Origin: an uncultured Ignavibacteria bacterium
GTDB lineage: Bacteria; Zixibacteria; MSB-5A5; WJJR01
Assembly: GCA_964593585.1 (NCBI GenBank)
Contig: CAZQIZ010000001.1
Location: 64,528 to 128,527, forward strand
DNA length: 64,000 nt
Direction of reading: 5' to 3'
Each line of letters opens with the position of its first letter. Position 1 is the stretch's first letter. Below, piece after piece: positions 59,006 through 64,000 of this stretch. Below the pieces are notes generated by a model that saw nothing but the letters and a program-made list of their open reading frames with translations, searched no databases and was not told where the DNA came from. The position numbers and the translations under genes were made by a program.

Positions 59006-59971
59006 ATGCTTGAGACCACCAGTGTCGGATCATTCCCCAAGCCCGACTACCTTGTCCGGGCGCGCAACGCCGTCAGCAAGGGGGAGGCGTCGCCCGAATC
59101 GCTGCGTCCCCTCGAGGAACAGGCCACCCGCGAGTGGATCAAAGTCCAGGAGGATCTCGGCATCGACATCCTGGTGCACGGCGAGATGGAACGCGGCGAC
59201 ATGACCACGTTTTTCGCTGAGCAGTTGACCGGCTATGGGGTCTCGGGGTTGGTCCGTTCGTACGGCAACCGCTACTATCGCAAGCCGATCATTCAGGAAC
59301 GTCTGGCGCGTCCCCATGCCATGACCGTCGACTTCTATCGCTGGACCCAGTCGCTCACCTCCCGGCCGGTCAAGGGGATGCTCACCGGGCCGTACACGAT
59401 GTGCGACTGGTCGTTCGATGAGTTCTATTCGTCCCGCCGCGAGGCGGTGCTGGCGCTGGCCGAGATCGTGCATCAGGAGGTGCGCGATTTGGAGGCGGCC
59501 GGGGCGCGCTACATCCAGATCGATGAGCCCGCCATCTCGACCCGTCCGGCCGAGATTGACCTGGCGATCGAAGCGATGGGGATTGTCACCGATGGCATCC
59601 GCGCCACCACCATCAGTCACATCTGCTACGGCGACTTCGCCCGCATCTACCCGCGCATCCTCGATCTGCCGGTCGATGTGCTCGACCTCGAGTTCGCCAA
59701 CTCCCAGTTTGCCAACCTCGAAATCTTCCGCCGGCCGAAGTTCACCAAAAAGATCAGCGTCGGCGTCATTGACGTGCACTCGCACCGTGTCGAGAGCGTG
59801 CGCGAAGTCAAAGACGCGATCAAACGCGCCCTGACCGTCTTCGATCCCGAACAGGTCTGGATCGACCCCGACTGCGGCCTGAAGACACGCACCGTGGCCG
59901 AGGCGATCGACAAAATGCGGGTCATGGTCGAGGCGACACGCGAAGTGAGACGGGAACTGGGCTTCGCCTGA
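59006..59971 (+). CDS. metE: Cobalamin-independent methionine synthase catalytic (C-terminal) domain protein.
   Basis: 'TTSVGSFPKP', 'LGIDILVHGEMERGDMTTFF', 'KGMLTGPYTM', 'IQIDEPA', Zn ligands 'HICYGDF' and 'IDPDCGLKTR'. Confidence 0.8.
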   Translation: MLETTSVGSFPKPDYLVRARNAVSKGEASPESLRPLEEQATREWIKVQEDLGIDILVHGEMERGDMTTFFAEQLTGYGVSGLVRSYGNRYYRKPIIQERLARPHAMTVDFYRWTQSLTSRPVKGMLTGPYTMCDWSFDEFYSSRREAVLALAEIVHQEVRDLEAAGARYIQIDEPAISTRPAEIDLAIEAMGIVTDGIRATTISHICYGDFARIYPRILDLPVDVLDLEFANSQFANLEIFRRPKFTKKISVGVIDVHSHRVESVREVKDAIKRALTVFDPEQVWIDPDCGLKTRTVAEAIDKMRVMVEATREVRRELGFA

Positions 59972-59974
59972 GCG

Positions 59975-61897
59975 ATGGAAGGTCTGATGTCCAACGAATC
60001 ACCCCGCCATCCTTTCCTGCAGCGTCTGGCTGAGGCGCCGCTTCTGGCCGATGGCGGCATGGGGACGATGCTTTACAGCCGGGGGGTGTCGTTCGAACGC
60101 TGTTTCGATGCGCTCAATCTCAGCGAACGCGGCATTGTCCTCGGCATCCATCAAGACTACCTGCGCGCCGGGGCGCAACTGATCGAAACCAACACCTTCG
60201 GCGGCAATCGGGTGCGTCTGGCGCACCATGGCCTCGAGGGCCGGGTCCGGGACATTAATTATGAGGGCGCGCGCATTGCCCGTGAGGCGCGCGAAATCAT
60301 CGGCGCCGATGTCTTTGTCGCCGGCGCGATCGGTCCGCTGGGCAAGAATCTCACACCGCTGGGGACCATCACGCCGCGTCAGGCGCAGGAGGCCTTCGCC
60401 GAGCAGGCCGCCGCTCTGCTGGAAGGCGGCGTCGATCTGTTCATCATCGAGACCATCTCCGACCCGGCCGAGATGTCGGCCGCGGTTGCCGCAATACGCG
60501 CACTGACCGATCTGCCCATTGTCGCCGAGATGACCTTTACCGAGGAGGGCACGACCTTCACCGGACGTTCCCCCGAGGAGATCGGCGCCTTCCTCCATCA
60601 GCTTCCCGTCGATGTCATCGGCGCCAACTGTTCGGTTGGTCCGCAGGCGATGCTGGAAGTGATCGCGCGCCTGGCGTCGGTTGTGCGCAAGCCGTTGGCG
60701 GCGATGCCGAATGCCGGCATGCCGCGGCTGGTCGACGGACGTTTTGTTTATCCGTCGCATCCGGCCTACTTCGCCGGAATCGCCGGTGCGTTTCTGGCGC
60801 AGGGGGTGCGTTTAATTGGCGGCTGCTGCGGCACCACCCCCGAACACATCACCGCGATGCGCGATGTCCTCGCCGGCTGGAGGCCCGCGTTACCGGGCCC
60901 TAAGTCGGTGACATTCGTCTCGACCCCGCCGGTCGAACGGTCCGCGGCGGGAACGAGCGCGCGCACCAATTCGCGATTTGCCTCTGAACTCGGACGTCGC
61001 TTTCAGGTGTCGGTTGAACTCGATCCGCCGAAGGGCACCAACCCGGCCAAGGTCATCGACGGGGCGCGTCTCTGCCGCGCCGCCGGCGCCGATGCGGTCA
61101 ATATCGGCGACTCGCCGATGGCCCGCGTCCGCATGAGCGCCATCGCCACCGCCGCGCTGGTCGAACGCGAGGCCGGCATCGAGACGGTCCTGCATTTCAC
61201 CTGCCGCGACCGCAACCTGATGGGCATCCAATCCGATCTGATTGGCGCCCATGCCCTCGGCATCCGTCATGTTCTCGCCATCACCGGCGATCCGCCGGCG
61301 GTGGGGGATTACCCCAATGTCACCGGCGTCTTCGATGTCGATTCGATCGGCCTGACCCGCATTCTCGCCGGGCTCAATCGCGGCGAGGATTTCGCCGGCG
61401 CTTCCATTGGCCATCCCACCGACTTCGCCATCGGCGTCGCGCTTAATCCGGTCGCCCCTGACTGGGCGCGCGAACTCGAGCGCTTCCGCGCCAAGGTCGA
61501 TGCCGGAGCGCAGTTTGCCTTCACGCAGCCGCTCTACCAGATCGCGCCGCTGGAACGGGTATTGAAAGCCATACAGGGATTCCGCATTCCGGTCTTCCTT
61601 GGGCTTCTGCCGTTGATGTCATTCCGTCATGCCTGGTTTCTGCACAACGAAGTCCCCGGTATTGAAATTCCACCGGCAGAACTCGAGCGGATGAAGCGCG
61701 CCGGGATGCGTGGCGCCGATGAGGGAGTAGCCATCTGCCGCGCGCTTCTGGAACAGGCACGGCCCATGGTCGATGGCGTGTATCTCATGCCGTCGTTCGG
61801 ACGGTACGAGACCTGCTTACAGGTCATCGACGGCTTCGTCGATCGCCCGGCTAAGCCCTTTATAGACGATGTGATGCCGGATCACGTTAATGCATAA
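59975..61897 (+). CDS. Bifunctional homocysteine S-methyltransferase / 5,10-methylenetetrahydrofolate reductase (YitJ-like fusion).
   Basis: N-terminal Hcy-binding pterin-independent methyltransferase domain ('LLADGGMGTML', 'IETNTFGGN', 'GGCCGTTPEHI'). C-terminal MTHFR domain ('VSVELDPPKG', 'LHFTCRDRN', 'HVLAITGDPP'). Confidence 0.85.
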   Translation: MEGLMSNESPRHPFLQRLAEAPLLADGGMGTMLYSRGVSFERCFDALNLSERGIVLGIHQDYLRAGAQLIETNTFGGNRVRLAHHGLEGRVRDINYEGARIAREAREIIGADVFVAGAIGPLGKNLTPLGTITPRQAQEAFAEQAAALLEGGVDLFIIETISDPAEMSAAVAAIRALTDLPIVAEMTFTEEGTTFTGRSPEEIGAFLHQLPVDVIGANCSVGPQAMLEVIARLASVVRKPLAAMPNAGMPRLVDGRFVYPSHPAYFAGIAGAFLAQGVRLIGGCCGTTPEHITAMRDVLAGWRPALPGPKSVTFVSTPPVERSAAGTSARTNSRFASELGRRFQVSVELDPPKGTNPAKVIDGARLCRAAGADAVNIGDSPMARVRMSAIATAALVEREAGIETVLHFTCRDRNLMGIQSDLIGAHALGIRHVLAITGDPPAVGDYPNVTGVFDVDSIGLTRILAGLNRGEDFAGASIGHPTDFAIGVALNPVAPDWARELERFRAKVDAGAQFAFTQPLYQIAPLERVLKAIQGFRIPVFLGLLPLMSFRHAWFLHNEVPGIEIPPAELERMKRAGMRGADEGVAICRALLEQARPMVDGVYLMPSFGRYETCLQVIDGFVDRPAKPFIDDVMPDHVNA

Positions 61898-61912
61898 CGT
61901 GAGGCAGGACTC

Positions 61913-62455
61913 TCAGCGTCGCTTTCCGTTCGGACGGGCTTCGGCCCCTTCGAGCTCCAGAAGTGCGCGCTTGTAGGACAAACTCCCCGAAAATCCACCC
62001 AGCCGTTTCCCGGCCGCCAGCACCCGGTGGCAGGGGACAACCGGTGGAAACGGGTTTTTCCCCATTGCTTGGCCAACCGCCCGGGCGCCGCCCGGCGATC
62101 CGGCTTTCGCAGCCACTTCGCCGTAGGACAAAGTCTGCCCATAGGGAATCCGGGCACAGACCTGCAGCGCCTTGCGGGTGAAGCCGGACACGCGCGACCA
62201 GTCGATGGCCATGGCAAACTCGCGCCGTTTGCCGTCGAAATACTCGGCGAGCGCCTTGCGTGTCGCGGCGGTGGCGCGCTCATCCTCGACAAACGCCACC
62301 CCGTCGTCGGTCAGTTCGGCCAGAAACCGGGCGCGGTCGGTTCCATAGTTGATCCGCCACAGGCCGTGCGGCCCTTCGGCGAACCAGACCTCGCCGAAGT
62401 CGGATGTGCCCAAATGCGAAACGCGAATCATTGGTTGTGACTGGCTGGCGCTCAT
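61913..62455 (-). CDS. ogt: Methylated-DNA--protein-cysteine methyltransferase.
   Basis: Active site 'VVPCHRVLAAGKRLGGFSGS' (PCHRV). Confidence 0.85.
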   Translation of the reverse strand: MSASQSQPMIRVSHLGTSDFGEVWFAEGPHGLWRINYGTDRARFLAELTDDGVAFVEDERATAATRKALAEYFDGKRREFAMAIDWSRVSGFTRKALQVCARIPYGQTLSYGEVAAKAGSPGGARAVGQAMGKNPFPPVVPCHRVLAAGKRLGGFSGSLSYKRALLELEGAEARPNGKRR

Positions 62456-62567
62456 TGTTCCTCCCGTGTTGTCCTAGACGGTGGTACGCAACCGGCGTCG
62501 GCTCGGCCATCACTTTCTTTGGCATCATTGCCCTTGCCCGCACCAGTCTGTGCGCTAACTTGCCGCC

Positions 62568-63644
62568 ATGTCCGAGGTGACGATCAAACGCGAGCACGTC
62601 TTTCTCGCCGCCCTGCTGGCGTTTATCGTCGGCGTCTTCGTGCTCTTCTACAAGCTGATCGTGCCGTTTTTCGCCCCGATCGCCTGGGCGGTGGTCTTCG
62701 TGGTGACCTGCAGCCCGGCGCACCGTTGGCTGGCGGCGCGGGTGCGTCCGCGCGGACTGGCGGCGTTGATCTCCACCGCCGCGGTCGCCATCCTCATTCT
62801 CGGTCCGTCAATCTGGCTGGTCGTCACTCTGGTCGGGGAAGCGCGGAACCTGTACGAGTGGATTCAGTCGGGCGATTGGACCTCCGAGGCGATCACCGAA
62901 CTGGCCCATCGCATCGACCCGGTCATCCAGACGCTGGGGGAAAAGCTCGGCGGGTTCGTCGACCTGTCGAAGTGGGACTTCCAAAGCGTCGCGCTCAACT
63001 TCATCGGCAAGCTCAGCAAATGGATTGTCGACAACACCACCGCCACGCTGGCCAACATCGGCAAGGTGGCGCTCCAGTTTTTGATGATGCTGCTGACGAT
63101 GTATTATCTCTTCAAGGATGGCGCGCCGCTGTTTGAAAACGTGCGCGCCTCGATCCCCCTGCCGCGGGAACGCGCCGGCCAGATGCTTTCCCACGTGACC
63201 GATGTGGTGCGGGCTACGATTTACGGCGGGTTGGTGGTGGCGGCGATCCAGGGAACATTGGGCGGGCTGCTCTTCCTGATTCTCGGCCTGCCGTCGCCGG
63301 TGTTCTGGGGCGCGGTGATGGCGTTTTTCGCGCTCATTCCCCTGCTCGGCGCCTTCGTTGTCTATGTGCCCGCCGCGATCATCCTCTTTGCGGGCGGCTC
63401 GTATGTCAAGGCCGTCGTCGTGCTGGCGGTCGGGGCCGCGGTAGTGTCGCAAATTGACAATTTCCTGCGTCCGATGCTGATCTCCGGACGCACCCAGATG
63501 CACCCGCTGCTGCTGTTTTTCTCCATCGCCGGCGGTGTAAGCGTGTTTGGATTGCTCGGTTTGGTAATGGGCCCGGTGGTGGCCGCGCTGTTTGTCGGTC
63601 TCTTCGAAATCTACCGTATGACGATCCACGCCTCCGAGCCGTAG
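62568..63644 (+). CDS. AI-2E family transporter (PerM/UPF0118).
   Basis: 8 TM helices. Conserved 'LLTMYYLFKDG' and 'GLPSPVFWGAVMAFFALIP' blocks. Confidence 0.85.
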   Translation: MSEVTIKREHVFLAALLAFIVGVFVLFYKLIVPFFAPIAWAVVFVVTCSPAHRWLAARVRPRGLAALISTAAVAILILGPSIWLVVTLVGEARNLYEWIQSGDWTSEAITELAHRIDPVIQTLGEKLGGFVDLSKWDFQSVALNFIGKLSKWIVDNTTATLANIGKVALQFLMMLLTMYYLFKDGAPLFENVRASIPLPRERAGQMLSHVTDVVRATIYGGLVVAAIQGTLGGLLFLILGLPSPVFWGAVMAFFALIPLLGAFVVYVPAAIILFAGGSYVKAVVVLAVGAAVVSQIDNFLRPMLISGRTQMHPLLLFFSIAGGVSVFGLLGLVMGPVVAALFVGLFEIYRMTIHASEP

Positions 63645-63845
63645 GCACTCCCCGTATCCTGACATCTCCAGATGCTCTCCCGCGCCCGGCTCCGGCGACG
63701 CCCGTTGACCGGCGGGTGAAGGAAAGGGCGTTCGCGCCGATACCTCTCCATAGGGTAGGGCGGTCGGGAGGCGGTCCACATTCCCGTCGGCAGGGAGATG
63801 GTCGCATCGATCCCGGCTGCGGGCCGGAGAGAGAGGGGCGGTCGT

Positions 63846-64000
63846 ATGGAACTGCGCCTGGAGAGTCATCAAACGGTCGACATCATCGCCGTCAGCGGTC
63901 GTCTCGATCTGGTCAGCTCAAGCGCTCTGAAGGACATGATCCGCCAACGCCTGGCCGATCGCCGGGTGAATCTGGTCATCGACATGGAGAAGGTGCACTT
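63846..64000 (+). CDS. STAS-domain protein (anti-sigma-factor antagonist-like). 3'-truncated by the window end.
   Basis: 'MELRLESHQTVDIIAVSGRLDLVSSSALKDMIRQRLADRRVNLVIDMEKV' is the typical SpoIIAA-like beta1-alpha1 start. Confidence 0.55.
   Translation, partial: MELRLESHQTVDIIAVSGRLDLVSSSALKDMIRQRLADRRVNLVIDMEKVH

Noticed and set aside
62808-63872. 354-aa minus-strand ORF antisense to the AI-2E transporter.
   Set aside because: The plus-strand frame yields the 8-TM AI-2E family pattern; the minus-strand product is His/Arg/Gln-rich.

Overview
This is a high-GC (about 68-70%) bacterial chromosomal window, densely coded on both strands. Three features point to a member of the Fibrobacteres-Chlorobi-Bacteroidetes superphylum, possibly an uncultured candidate phylum: several T9SS-type C-terminal sorting domains, a Bacteroides-like N-terminus on the fumarate reductase/succinate dehydrogenase flavoprotein ('[23 protein letters not shown]'), and dockerin-type repeats on surface proteins. 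No rRNA, tRNA, CRISPR array or mobile element was found.

Content in order:
- pepA (M17 aminopeptidase) and a HAD-IIA hydrolase.
- A minus-strand operon of three prepilin-type minor pilins (PilV/W/X-like) preceded by a 594-aa unknown membrane-anchored protein.
- An orphan Fe-S Rrf2 regulator; purF; and a GAF-HisKA protein with no ATPase domain.
- A cobalamin-riboswitch-controlled B12-capture locus: a TonB-dependent receptor (BtuB-like), a BtuG-like beta-propeller lipoprotein carrying dockerin-type repeats, and a DUF4430/BtuH-like lipoprotein.
- Two efflux systems back to back: RND (TolC-MFP-RND) and TetR-TolC-HlyD-ABC(2 ATPases)-ABC2(2 permeases).
- Two paralogous giant T9SS-secreted surface proteins (1785 and 1538 aa). 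Each has a conserved unknown N-terminal and C-terminal domain flanking arrays of HYR/Ig-like repeats. The first includes three 100% identical 237-bp tandem repeats.
- mtnA; a Bacteroidetes-type frdCAB/sdhCAB operon; and a ribbon-helix-helix protein.
- An M1 aminopeptidase; an M14 carboxypeptidase with dockerin repeats; moaC; a DUF2723/TPR GT-C-like membrane protein; and an orphan histidine kinase.
- aroC; a split cobalamin-independent MetE (N-domain and catalytic domain as separate genes) followed by a YitJ-like homocysteine-methyltransferase/MTHFR fusion; ogt; an AI-2E transporter; and a partial STAS protein.

The most interesting items are the B12 piracy module with BtuG/BtuH-like partners in a non-Bacteroides context, dockerin-tagged surface proteins, the paired giant T9SS adhesin-like proteins with unknown conserved domains and perfect tandem repeats, and a palindromic operator-like motif shared by two distant promoters. 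Many long ORFs in the six-frame track are antisense, Arg/Gly-rich artefacts of the high GC content and were rejected.
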